Shown here piece by piece: positions 44,558 through 55,307 of a DNA stretch of 64,000 nucleotides. How positions within the stretch are numbered: position 1 is the first letter of the stretch; the number at the start of each line of letters is the position of its first letter. The stretch is from positions 47,048 to 111,047 of the forward strand of contig JAEWUO010000013.1 in the NCBI GenBank assembly GCA_023459335.1, in the 5' to 3' direction. The stretch is from Bacillota bacterium. Its GTDB lineage: Bacteria > Bacillota > Clostridia > Christensenellales > CAG-138. The position numbers were made by a program, and so were the translations under genes. The notes below the pieces were generated by a model. That model was not told the origin of the DNA. It saw nothing but the letters and a program-made list of their open reading frames with translations, and ran no database searches.

Positions 44558-45448
44558 TCAGTATGCAATATCGAGCGCCTCCTTTGCCGGAATATCGAGC
44601 CATTCGGGTTCGGCCAGAATTTTCTTAAACAGGCGGATCGTCTTGGAGAAATAATACCCGTCCGCGATGCGCTCGTCGAGCGTGAACCCGAGGCCAAGCG
44701 CGGGCCTGACGGAAACGCTGCCGTCCGCGCCGTAAAACGGCTGCATGTGTTTTTCGCCGACGATGACGAATACGGAATTCGTGCTCCAGTTGGCAAGATG
44801 GTGATAGCCCGCGTTGAGTTGGATGGAGCCGAGGTTGGAAATGAATACCGTGCTGTTATAAGGATCTTCGTTTGCGAGGTCCTTCGGCATATGCCCGTGC
44901 GCGTCGAGCGTACGAAGGAGAGATACGATCAGCTTTCGCATCCACATCGGGGTTTTGGCGAGCGTATCGAGGATATCCGTCGTGCCGTCCTTCCTGTCGC
45001 TTTTACGGACCGAATACACAAAATCGCGGATCTTGTCGTGGATCATGTCGACCGATGATTTTTCGCTCGCCGGATCATATTTCAATATCATGATCGATTC
45101 GTCCGCGTTGTCCGCAAACGCTTTTTTTACTATAAAGGAAAATGAGATGTGATCGCGGTCGAAATAACGGTTGCCGATGATGAAGCGATTCATGCGCGGG
45201 CGCATTTCGATGGTGCGCGACAGCGCGGCGAGAATGACGTGGAAAAAGGTGTATTTGTATTCCGGGTTCTGCGCGTTCTTCTTTGCCAGATACGTCTCCA
45301 CGGCGCTCAGGTCGACGAGCTCCTGAATGAACGCTTCGTTGTCCGCGCGGTTTGGCAGCATCAGCGGCATGAATACGTGCATCGAGTCGAGATCGCGTAC
45401 AAGCGTCGCGTCGCGGCGGTCGCCGCGGCGTTTCTTATGCAGTTCCAT
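44558..45448 (-). CDS. Stand-alone 2-oxoacid-dehydrogenase E2 / CAT-like acyltransferase catalytic-domain protein (His motif reads DER)
   Basis: 296 aa. Shows family-like blocks (TFFHVILAALSRTIEMRPRMN, FISNLGS). The C-terminal motif LDERIADGYY occupies the place of DHRxxDG. Confidence 0.65.
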   Translation of the reverse strand: MELHKKRRGDRRDATLVRDLDSMHVFMPLMLPNRADNEAFIQELVDLSAVETYLAKKNAQNPEYKYTFFHVILAALSRTIEMRPRMNRFIIGNRYFDRDHISFSFIVKKAFADNADESIMILKYDPASEKSSVDMIHDKIRDFVYSVRKSDRKDGTTDILDTLAKTPMWMRKLIVSLLRTLDAHGHMPKDLANEDPYNSTVFISNLGSIQLNAGYHHLANWSTNSVFVIVGEKHMQPFYGADGSVSVRPALGLGFTLDERIADGYYFSKTIRLFKKILAEPEWLDIPAKEALDIAY

Positions 45449-45724
45449 GTGTATTCCATCCCAATCTTGAAGTATGAGTGCAAATAATGGTTTGAATATA
45501 TCCTTTTCTCAACAAATTGTCAACGCGCTGTTTATTCATTAAATAAATCTAAAAAAATCGAAAATAAATGAATGATGTTTAGCATATTTTTCTTGCGACA
45601 TAAGCTAATAACAAATACAATGAAGATAATAGTATTAAACAATTTTAAGTATTTTTACTCCAAATTCTGTTTGCTTATTAAGTGGTATGCAGACTACCGT
45701 TTCAAGGAATATTTCGGGAGTTGT

Positions 45725-46660
45725 ATGGAAATTTTCACGACAGCTATGTTTAAAAAAATCATGAGTTCTACTCTTGCGATATTCGGAGGACTTGCGATTC
45801 TCCTAGCCAGTAAACCGAAACAGTTACTAATATATATACTTATTATAATTGCCAGTATTGCATTCGTTGTTTTTATTTTTCTAATACCAAATGGAGAATT
45901 ACAACAATCGCTTCGAACAAGAAAGTATTTTTTATTGCGTGTTTCATGTATAGCTGTGGGAATCATAACAAGTGTTCTCGCTTATATTCTCTATCAAGGT
46001 TATTTAGGAATAGGAAATGGAAGAATTGAGAAAGAGAACGAAGTTATAATCAGTGCAACAACTTCGACTCCAACACAAATAACAATAGAGCCAAATTCTC
46101 CTGAGCCCATCACGTTTACACCAACCAACACGGAAGCCCCTACAACTCCAACAAGCTATGCCATGTTTCCTCCGCCTATAATGGAAGCATATCAAGTCGG
46201 GCGTGATTATTTTGATAATGGTAAATTCAATGACGCATATCAATTTTTATTAAAAGCTGCTTTAGCCGGGCATTCAAATGCGCAATTATACACCGGGCGA
46301 TGTCTAAAAGAGGGCGTTAGAGTTGATGAGAATGCTACCTCGGCTGCTGAGTGGTTTACTTTAGCTGCAAATCAAGGAAATGAAGAGGCGCAATATGAAC
46401 TCGGAAGGTGCTATTATGGCGGCAGCGGCGGTGTAGATAAAAATGACCAAGTAGCTTTCTACTGGTTTTCAGCAGCTGCAAGCCGAGGTAGTGGAAATGG
46501 GTTATTATGGACTGGTTATTGTTATCACCATGGATATGGAGTCGAACAGAATTACGATTTAGCAAAAGAGAACTATATTGCAGCAGGTGAAAAGGGACAA
46601 GCATATGCTCAAAAACGCCTCGAAGAATTACAGAACGACATACAAAACGAAGACAAATGA
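45725..46660 (+). CDS. AT-rich membrane-anchored Sel1/TPR-like repeat protein
   Basis: RBS GGGAG, then ATG 45725. Three N-terminal TM helices and a Thr/Pro linker. At least three Sel1-type repeats follow (GHSNAQLYTGRCLKEGVRVDENATSAAEWF; GNEEAQYELGRCYYGG; GNGLLWTGYCYHHGYGVEQNYDLAKENY). Confidence 0.75.
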   Translation: MEIFTTAMFKKIMSSTLAIFGGLAILLASKPKQLLIYILIIIASIAFVVFIFLIPNGELQQSLRTRKYFLLRVSCIAVGIITSVLAYILYQGYLGIGNGRIEKENEVIISATTSTPTQITIEPNSPEPITFTPTNTEAPTTPTSYAMFPPPIMEAYQVGRDYFDNGKFNDAYQFLLKAALAGHSNAQLYTGRCLKEGVRVDENATSAAEWFTLAANQGNEEAQYELGRCYYGGSGGVDKNDQVAFYWFSAAASRGSGNGLLWTGYCYHHGYGVEQNYDLAKENYIAAGEKGQAYAQKRLEELQNDIQNEDK

Positions 46661-46792
46661 CTGATTGATTAACATATGAATTATTTAACAACAAAATTTC
46701 ATAAAATTAAATAAAGAAAGCTCAAAAAGCATCAGATTACACAACCTAATTCGGCAGATATAAACGATTGTTCTGTTGATCCGCCCGTATCA

Positions 46793-46821
46793 TTGACAAT
46801 TCCGGCGTATGCCGATATACT
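46793..46821 (+). promoter_or_regulatory. Near-consensus sigma-70 promoter at the right edge of the AT-rich insert
   Basis: TTGACA (46793-46798), 17-nt spacer, TATACT (46816-46821). Confidence 0.6.
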
Positions 46822-46851
46822 TTTTTTATATATGACCGTGAGAGGACTAAA

Positions 46852-46941
46852 ATGAACGACGAAGAGAGCGACAGTACCGGCGACCACGAACACAATCGCA
46901 TGAGAGAATGTTTTTTAAAGCACATAATCTGTCTCTGCTGA
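46852..46941 (+). CDS. Candidate 29-codon micro-ORF (MNDEESDSTGDHEHNRMRECFLKHIICLC)
   Basis: RBS GAGAGGA lies 6-7 nt upstream of ATG 46852, about 25 nt downstream of the predicted TSS. It is too short for composition statistics, so coding status is unproven. Confidence 0.25.
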   Translation: MNDEESDSTGDHEHNRMRECFLKHIICLC

Positions 46942-47077
46942 ATTGCGGACACAGGTTATGCTTTTTCTATTTCAGGGAGGCATTTTTGGAATAGTACGGG
47001 CGTAATCGCCCGGCGGACTACAGACTGAACAAAGACGCGGCCGAAAAAACACGCGGCCGAATTAACGGAGAAATGGA

Positions 47078-48412
47078 ATGGGAAGCGACCCTTTATTCTG
47101 GGAATTGATCCTGCAGGCGGTGCTGATCGCGTTAAACGCGGTGTTCGCCTGCGCGGAGATAGCAATCATCACAATGAACGACGCGAAGCTGGCCAAGCTT
47201 GCCTCGGAAGGAGACAAGAAGGCGATCAAGCTTGCGCGGCTCACGAGCCAGCCGGCACGTTTTTTAGCGACAATACAGGTCGCCATCACGCTGTCGGGGT
47301 TCTTGGGCAGCGCGTTTGCGGCGAATAACTTCGCCAAGCGCATTACCGAAGCTTTCGTGCAGAGCGGTTCAACGATTCCCGCGGCCACGGTCAACACGGT
47401 TTCGGTTTTGCTGATCACGCTGATTCTGACGTTCTTTACGCTGGTATTCGGCGAACTCGTCCCGAAGCGCGTCGCGATGAAAAACGCGGAAAAGCTCGCG
47501 CTGAATATGGCTGGCATGATCAATGGCGTGTCGATCGTATTCGCGCCGCTCGTCTGGCTGCTCACGGTTTCGACCAACGGCATCCTTCGCCTCCTCGGGA
47601 TCGATCCCAACGCGGAGGACGAGGAAGTCACAGAGGAAGAGATCCGCATGATGGTGGATGTCGGCAGCGAAAAGGGAACGATCGAAGCCACCGAAAAGGA
47701 AATGATTCACAATGTCTTCGAGTTTGACAACGTCTCCGCGGAGGACATCCTGACCCACCGTACGCAGGTGGACATCCTATGGCTGGACGAGAGCGATGAA
47801 GACTGGGCGGAGGTCATCCACAACTCGCGGCATTCGTATTACCCCATCTGCCGGGACAGCTCTGACGACGTGGTCGGCATTCTCGATGCGAAGACGTATT
47901 TTCGCCTCAGCGACCGCACGCGCCAAAATGTAATGGCGCAGGCGGTGCAGCCAGCGCGTTTTGTGCCCGAGACGATCAAGGCGGACGACCTGTTCCTCGA
48001 CATGAAGCGCAGCCGCAATCATTTCGCCGTTGTCATGGACGAATACGGCGGCATGTGCGGCATCGTGACGATGAACGACCTCATCGAAGTGATCGTCGGC
48101 GATATCGACGAAACGGAAGACGACGGCGAACCCGTCATCACGCTCGTTTCGGACGGTGTGTGGCGCACGCAGGGGTCCGTACCCCTCGAAGACATCTCCG
48201 AGGCGATCGGCTGCCCGCTGCCGAGCGATGAATTCGACACGCTCAACGGTCTCGTTTTCAGCGTACTCAATGAAATTCCGGAGGACGGAACGGTGTTTTC
48301 CGTGGACGCGGGCTGCCTGCACGTAGACGTGCGGGAGATGAAAAACCACGGCATCGAGCGCGCGGAAATTTCGCTTCTGCCGCCGCAGCTGCTGGAAGAA
48401 CAGCCGAAATAG
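47078..48412 (+). CDS. HlyC/CorC (CNNM) family transporter: DUF21 membrane domain + CBS pair + CorC_HlyC
   Basis: 444 aa with the N-terminal 4-TM DUF21 (LNAVFACAEIAIITMND). Also VSAEDILTHRTQV and CBS repeats, and a C-terminal transporter-associated domain. Confidence 0.9.
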   Translation: MGSDPLFWELILQAVLIALNAVFACAEIAIITMNDAKLAKLASEGDKKAIKLARLTSQPARFLATIQVAITLSGFLGSAFAANNFAKRITEAFVQSGSTIPAATVNTVSVLLITLILTFFTLVFGELVPKRVAMKNAEKLALNMAGMINGVSIVFAPLVWLLTVSTNGILRLLGIDPNAEDEEVTEEEIRMMVDVGSEKGTIEATEKEMIHNVFEFDNVSAEDILTHRTQVDILWLDESDEDWAEVIHNSRHSYYPICRDSSDDVVGILDAKTYFRLSDRTRQNVMAQAVQPARFVPETIKADDLFLDMKRSRNHFAVVMDEYGGMCGIVTMNDLIEVIVGDIDETEDDGEPVITLVSDGVWRTQGSVPLEDISEAIGCPLPSDEFDTLNGLVFSVLNEIPEDGTVFSVDAGCLHVDVREMKNHGIERAEISLLPPQLLEEQPK

Positions 48413-48437
48413 CGGACACAACCGCAAGCATCAAACA

Positions 48438-48463
48438 AAGCGCCGGTTTCCCGGCGCTTTTTA
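48438..48463. terminator. Bidirectional terminator between convergent genes
   Basis: AAAGCGCCGG-TTTC-CCGGCGCTTT followed by TTAT. Confidence 0.7.
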
Positions 48464-48478
48464 TGTTGCATCGTTCGA

Positions 48479-50875
48479 TTATTCGATCCCGACCACGTCG
48501 TCGTCCAGCACGACCGCGACGAGCATGTTGCCCTTGCCCGCGCGCGGTTCGATGCGCACTTCCGCGGTGTTGATCAGCGTTTTTCCGCCGTGCCGCTGGA
48601 GAAGCGTGATCGTCCTCGGTTCGGTGAGAACAGCGACGGCCGCGATGCAGGTGCCGTTCGCGCCGTTCTTCTTGAGATCGAAGGTTTTAAGGCCCTTGCC
48701 GTTTCGGCCCTGCAGGTCGTAGTCGAACATCGGGGAGCGCTTGCCGAACCCCTTGTCCGTAATGGTCAGCACCTCGGCTTCCTCCGGCACGAGAGCGGCG
48801 TAGAGCACCTCGTCGCCCTTCTCCAGTTTGACGCACTTGACGCCGCCGGAAACGCGGCCCATCGCGGGCACCGTATCCGCCGCGAAGCGGATGCTCATGC
48901 CCTGCTTCGTGACCAGCAGAATCGGCTTCGGCTCATATTTTTCGATTGCGAGCACGCGGTCCTTGTCCCGCAGGGAGGCGGCGGCGGTGCGCTTGACGCG
49001 AAGGCGGTATTCGGCGGCCGGCGTGCGCTTCACGTTCCCGTCCCGCAGGTAGAAGAGGTAATCTCCCTCTTCTTCGTCCGGGAAAAGCGCAATGATCTTT
49101 TCGTTCTTCTCAAACGGCAGCAGGGAGGCGAGGTTCGCCGCTCGAACCGTCGCGCGCGTCTCCGGAATCTCATCCGCACCGATGGAGAGCAACGCGCCCT
49201 GGTCGGTAAAGAGGCGGACGCGCTGGTTGGAGCGCGTATCGAGCGTGAAGAGCGGCTTGTCCTCCGAGATGGCGGCGAGCGAAAACGCCTTCGTCGGCAT
49301 CCGGCGGATTTTAAGCCCTTCGCAGACGCAGACCGTCACGTCCTCGACGAACGCGAGGTCCTCCGCTTCATCGACGGCCACTTCGTCCGAAGCGACGAAC
49401 GTCGTCCGGCGGGAGATTGCGATCTGTTCCCGGATTTCAGTGAGTTCCTTTTTAATCAGCGTGATCAGTTTTTTTTCACTCGCGAGGATGCTCCGCAGCT
49501 CTTCGATGAGCTTGACTACTTCCGCGTATTCTTTGCGGATCGTGACGAGCTCCATATTGGTCAGCCGCTGGAGCCGCAAATCGAGGATGGCCTGCGCCTG
49601 AATCTCGCTGAGCGAGAAGGTCTTCATTAACCCTTCGCGCGCTTCTTTCGGAGACTTGCTGGCGCGTATGAGCGCGATGACCGCGTCGAGGTTGTCGACG
49701 GCGATCATGAGCCCCGCTAAAATATGCTCCCTGCGCAGCGCCGCGTCGAGCTCGAACTGCGTGCGGCGGGTCACCACGTCCCGTTGGTGGCGGATGTAAT
49801 GCGCGATGATCTGCTTGAGGTTCATCTGCTGCGGCTTGCCGCCCGCGATGGCGACCATGTTGACGCCGAACGTCATCTGCATGTCGGAATACTTGAACAG
49901 GTATTGGAGGATGCGCTCCGGGTCGCCGTCTTTCTTGACCTCGATGACCGCGCGCATGCCGGTGCGGTCGCTTTCGTCGCGAATGTCCGCGATGCCGGAG
50001 AACAGCGCCTTTTTCTCCTGACTGACCGCGAGGATTTTCTCCAGCATGTTCGCCTTGTTCACCTGATAGGGCAGCTCGGTGACGACGATGAGCGTCTTGC
50101 CGTTTTTCTGCTCCTCGAAGTGCGTCTTGGCGCGCATGTAGATCTTGCCGCGGCCGGTGCGGTAGGCAAGCTCCACTTCCGAGGATTCGAGGATGAATCC
50201 GCCCGTGGGGAAGTCCGGCGCGGGGATGATTTTCATGAGCTCTTCGAGCGGGATCCGCGGGTTTTCCATGACAGCGATGACCGCGTTGATCGCCTCGACG
50301 GGGTTGTGCGGAGGGATATTGGTGGCGAGGCCCACAGCGATGCCGGAGGCTCCGTTGACAAGCAGGTTCGGGAAACGCCCCGGCAGAAGATCCGGCTCCT
50401 TTAACGTATCGTCAAAGTTAAACGAAAACCCGACGGTGTCTTTTTCGATATCGCGCAGCAGCTGCATGGCGGCGTCCGTCATGCGCGCCTCGGTGTATCG
50501 CATCGCCGCCGCGCTGTCCCCGTCCACGCTGCCGAAGTTGCCGTGCCCGTCCACGAGCGGCACGCACATGTTGTACGGCTGTGCCATGCGCACCATCGCG
50601 TCATAGACGGAGCTGTCCCCGTGCGGATGGTATTTGCCGAGACAGTCGCCGACGATGCGCGCGCTCTTCCGGTGCGGTTTGTCCGGCGAAAGCCCCAGTT
50701 CAAGCATGGTATAGAGAATGCGCCGCTGCACCGGTTTTAAGCCGTCCTCCACGCGCGGCAGGGCGCGCTCGAGGATGACGTGCTCGGCGTAAGGCATCAT
50801 GGACTGGTGCATGACCTCGTCCATGTTGCGCTGAATGATCTTTTCGAGTTTGAGCTGTTCGGGCGTTTTAACCAT
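48479..50875 (-). CDS. parC: Type IIA topoisomerase subunit A (ParC/GrlA-like; possibly a second GyrA)
   Basis: 798 aa. Contains [19 protein letters not shown], the active-site AAMRYTE and a beta-pinwheel CTD. I saw no GyrA-box at the start of the CTD, and the gene order is B-A away from any dnaA/recF context, so topo IV is favoured. Confidence 0.8.
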   Translation of the reverse strand: MVKTPEQLKLEKIIQRNMDEVMHQSMMPYAEHVILERALPRVEDGLKPVQRRILYTMLELGLSPDKPHRKSARIVGDCLGKYHPHGDSSVYDAMVRMAQPYNMCVPLVDGHGNFGSVDGDSAAAMRYTEARMTDAAMQLLRDIEKDTVGFSFNFDDTLKEPDLLPGRFPNLLVNGASGIAVGLATNIPPHNPVEAINAVIAVMENPRIPLEELMKIIPAPDFPTGGFILESSEVELAYRTGRGKIYMRAKTHFEEQKNGKTLIVVTELPYQVNKANMLEKILAVSQEKKALFSGIADIRDESDRTGMRAVIEVKKDGDPERILQYLFKYSDMQMTFGVNMVAIAGGKPQQMNLKQIIAHYIRHQRDVVTRRTQFELDAALRREHILAGLMIAVDNLDAVIALIRASKSPKEAREGLMKTFSLSEIQAQAILDLRLQRLTNMELVTIRKEYAEVVKLIEELRSILASEKKLITLIKKELTEIREQIAISRRTTFVASDEVAVDEAEDLAFVEDVTVCVCEGLKIRRMPTKAFSLAAISEDKPLFTLDTRSNQRVRLFTDQGALLSIGADEIPETRATVRAANLASLLPFEKNEKIIALFPDEEEGDYLFYLRDGNVKRTPAAEYRLRVKRTAAASLRDKDRVLAIEKYEPKPILLVTKQGMSIRFAADTVPAMGRVSGGVKCVKLEKGDEVLYAALVPEEAEVLTITDKGFGKRSPMFDYDLQGRNGKGLKTFDLKKNGANGTCIAAVAVLTEPRTITLLQRHGGKTLINTAEVRIEPRAGKGNMLVAVVLDDDVVGIE

Positions 50876-50916
50876 ATGTACGTTCCTTATATCTCAGTCA
50901 ATTCTTGATCGTTTCG

Positions 50917-52872
<1,956 letters not shown>

Positions 52873-53150
52873 AACGACTCCCATATAAAATATGATTCAT
52901 TGGCGGATGCGCGGGCGGTGAAAACCGCCTGCAAGCGCAAATATCTTGATGGAACAATATTTCGCCGTGCTTTGCGGCGCTGACGGTGATTTCGAAAGAA
53001 AAGCACCATATCTGGCGCGTCAACTTATATAGTATACCATACTTTGTGGCGGGCAGGAACCCATGCGGGCGCCGGTTTCTGCGGAGAAACATGCAAACAA
53101 ACGTTTATTTTCAAAAAATTCAAAAAAAACAGGTAAAAAAGTCATGAAAG

Positions 53151-53181
53151 TGGTGACAAATGGGGAATTGTGGTGTATACT
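53151..53181 (+). promoter_or_regulatory. dcw promoter with three MraZ-box-like direct repeats
   Basis: TGGTG (53151), TGGGG (53161) and TGGTG (53171) lie at exact 10-nt spacing. They overlap a -35-like GTGACA (53153-53158) and a -10 TATACT (53176-53181) with a 17-nt spacer. The site is about 70 nt upstream of mraZ. Confidence 0.6.
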
Positions 53182-53247
53182 CTACGTAAATCTGGAGGAA
53201 GATAGCTTGTCGTATGACTGCCGAGATTTACCGAAGGAGGGAAGAAC

Positions 53248-53694
53248 ATGCTGATCGGTTCATTTGAACATATGCTGGATGCAAAAGGCCGCGTGTTCAT
53301 TCCCGCCAAATGGAGAGAAACGCTCGGCGACACGCTCGTGATCACACTGGGCCTTCTGGAGACGCAGACGGCGAAGTGCCTCTCCGGCATGTCCGTCGAA
53401 GAGTGGGAACGCTTTTCCCATAAGCTCTCCGCGCTGCCGGTGACCGATACGAGCGGACAGGCGATCAGAAGGAAGCTTTACTCCATGGCCGCCGCCTGCG
53501 AGATCGACAAGCAGGGGCGCATCCTGATCCCCGCGCAGCTCAGGGACATGACGGGGCTCGTCAAGGATGCGACGCTGATCGGCGTAGGCGACCGCGTGGA
53601 GATCTGGAATCCGGAGACGCTCGCGGGGTACAACGCCCTTTGCGAGGAAAACTATGGCGACGCGCTCGCGCATCTCGCGGCGCTCGGCATATGA
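53248..53694 (+). CDS. mraZ: Transcriptional regulator MraZ
   Basis: MLIGSFEHMLDAKGRVFIPAKWR and a second KQGRILIPAQLR half give the duplicated SpoVT/AbrB-like fold. Confidence 0.95.
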   Translation: MLIGSFEHMLDAKGRVFIPAKWRETLGDTLVITLGLLETQTAKCLSGMSVEEWERFSHKLSALPVTDTSGQAIRRKLYSMAAACEIDKQGRILIPAQLRDMTGLVKDATLIGVGDRVEIWNPETLAGYNALCEENYGDALAHLAALGI

Positions 53695-54632
53695 GCGGAC
53701 AGTATTCGCACATTCCGGTGCTGCTGCGCGAGACGCTGGAGCTTCTCTCGCCCGAGCGCGGCGGCATCTTCGTAGACGGAACGCTCGGCGGCGGAGGCCA
53801 TGCCGAAGCGGTTCTGACCCGCTTGCCGGAAAGCGGCAGGCTCATTGGCATCGACAGGGACTGGGAAGCCGTGCACGCGGCGGGGGACCGGCTGAAAACA
53901 TATGGCAGCCGTTTTACCGCGTTGCACGGCAACTTTTTTGATATGAGCGCGCTTCTTCTGGAAATCGGCGTGACCGAGGTGAACGGAATCCTGCTCGACC
54001 TGGGCGTTTCCAGCTATCAGCTGGATGCGCAGGCGAGGGGGTTTTCGTATAAGGCCGATTCTCCGCTGGACATGCGCATGGATCAGACCGCAGCGCTCTC
54101 CGCGCGGGAAGTGGTAAACAATTATTCCGAAGAGGAGCTCGCCCGCGTGATCTGGACGTACGGGGAGGAGCGGTTCAGCCGGAGGATTGCGGAGCGAATT
54201 TGTCGGGCGCGTGAACAATATCCCATCGAAACGACGCTTCAGCTGGCGCAGATCGTTCGGGACGCGATCCCGGCCAAGTACAGAAACGAGCCGCAGCATC
54301 CCGCGCGGCGGACTTTCCAGGCGCTGCGCATCGAAGTAAACGGCGAATTGAAAGGTCTCGATCAGGCGGTGGAGGATGCCTGCGATCTGTTGCAAAAAGG
54401 CGGAAGACTGTGTATAATTACATTTCATTCACTGGAGGATCGCATCGTCAAACAGGCATTTCGCAGGTTTGAACATCCCTGCACCTGCCCGCCGTCCGCA
54501 CCGGTCTGCGTCTGCGGAAAGGAGCCGAAAGCGAAGATCCTCACAAAGAAACCGCTGACTGCCTCCCCCGAGGAGGAAGCGCGCAACTCCCGTTCGACCA
54601 GCGCAAAGCTCCGCTGCATGGAAAAGATCTAG
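53691..54632 (+). CDS. rsmH: 16S rRNA (cytosine1402-N4)-methyltransferase
   Basis: HIPVLLRETLELL, DGTLGGGGHA, DLGVSSYQLD and FHSLEDRIVK. The ATG at 53691 overlaps the mraZ stop. Confidence 0.95.
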   Translation: MSGQYSHIPVLLRETLELLSPERGGIFVDGTLGGGGHAEAVLTRLPESGRLIGIDRDWEAVHAAGDRLKTYGSRFTALHGNFFDMSALLLEIGVTEVNGILLDLGVSSYQLDAQARGFSYKADSPLDMRMDQTAALSAREVVNNYSEEELARVIWTYGEERFSRRIAERICRAREQYPIETTLQLAQIVRDAIPAKYRNEPQHPARRTFQALRIEVNGELKGLDQAVEDACDLLQKGGRLCIITFHSLEDRIVKQAFRRFEHPCTCPPSAPVCVCGKEPKAKILTKKPLTASPEEEARNSRSTSAKLRCMEKI

Positions 54633-54701
54633 CGGACCTTCGGCGATCGGGCGGCGGTGCGCAGGTGAGCGGGATTTTCGCTTGATTGGAAGGAATTTGC
54701 A

Positions 54702-55283
54702 TTGGATATTCGTTTTGAGGACGATCGCAAAAAGGGCAGGGCTCCGACGACGCGGCTGAATCTGCCGAATCAGCAGGAGGAGGAAGAGCAGGCGGGACGC
54801 GACGGCCGCCCGCATTCGGGACGGCGTTCCGTGCGTGAGCCGGGCGTGCGTGTGGAGAAGCCGGAGATGACGTCCATGGGGCGCATAGGCCTGATCATCA
54901 GCGGGTTTCTATTCGCCGGCATGGTGCTCTTTACGCTGTCGGGATATGAGCGCATTTCGCGCGCGTATGCGGACATCAACGCGCTCAATGACGAGATCGA
55001 ATCCACAGATCTGCGGATCAACGAACTGGACGTGCAGATCGAGTGCGCGGTGACCATTCAGGAAGCGCAGAAAGTGGCGGAAGCGTACGGCATGCGCTAT
55101 CCCGAGAAAAGCCAGTATGTAAGAATCGGCGATCCGCTGCCGTTTAGCAACGAGGAACCATCCGCAACGGACAGCGGAAACACGACCACAGAAACGCCGG
55201 CGGCGCCGGAAACGACACCGGAAACGTCGCCGGGACCAGCGGATACAACAGGCGGGGGGGAACAACCGTCTGCGGGCGGTTGA
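54702..55283 (+). CDS. ftsL: FtsL-like cell-division protein (single TM + coiled coil) with charged N-terminal and P/T-rich C-terminal extensions
   Basis: Position after rsmH. TM segment IGLIISGFLFAGMVLFTL, then a coiled coil INALNDEIESTDLRINELDVQIE. The track start is TTG 54702. Internal ATGs (MTSMGRIG) are alternative starts. Confidence 0.7.
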   Translation: MDIRFEDDRKKGRAPTTRLNLPNQQEEEEQAGRDGRPHSGRRSVREPGVRVEKPEMTSMGRIGLIISGFLFAGMVLFTLSGYERISRAYADINALNDEIESTDLRINELDVQIECAVTIQEAQKVAEAYGMRYPEKSQYVRIGDPLPFSNEEPSATDSGNTTTETPAAPETTPETSPGPADTTGGGEQPSAGG

Positions 55284-55307
55284 TCTGAGCGAAAGGACGA
55301 CTGACCA

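Noticed and set aside
46746-46952. 68-aa minus-strand ORF in the AT-rich tail of the Sel1 insert.
   Set aside because: It has no RBS. It overlaps the better-signalled + strand promoter/RBS/micro-ORF, and its sequence is not protein-like.
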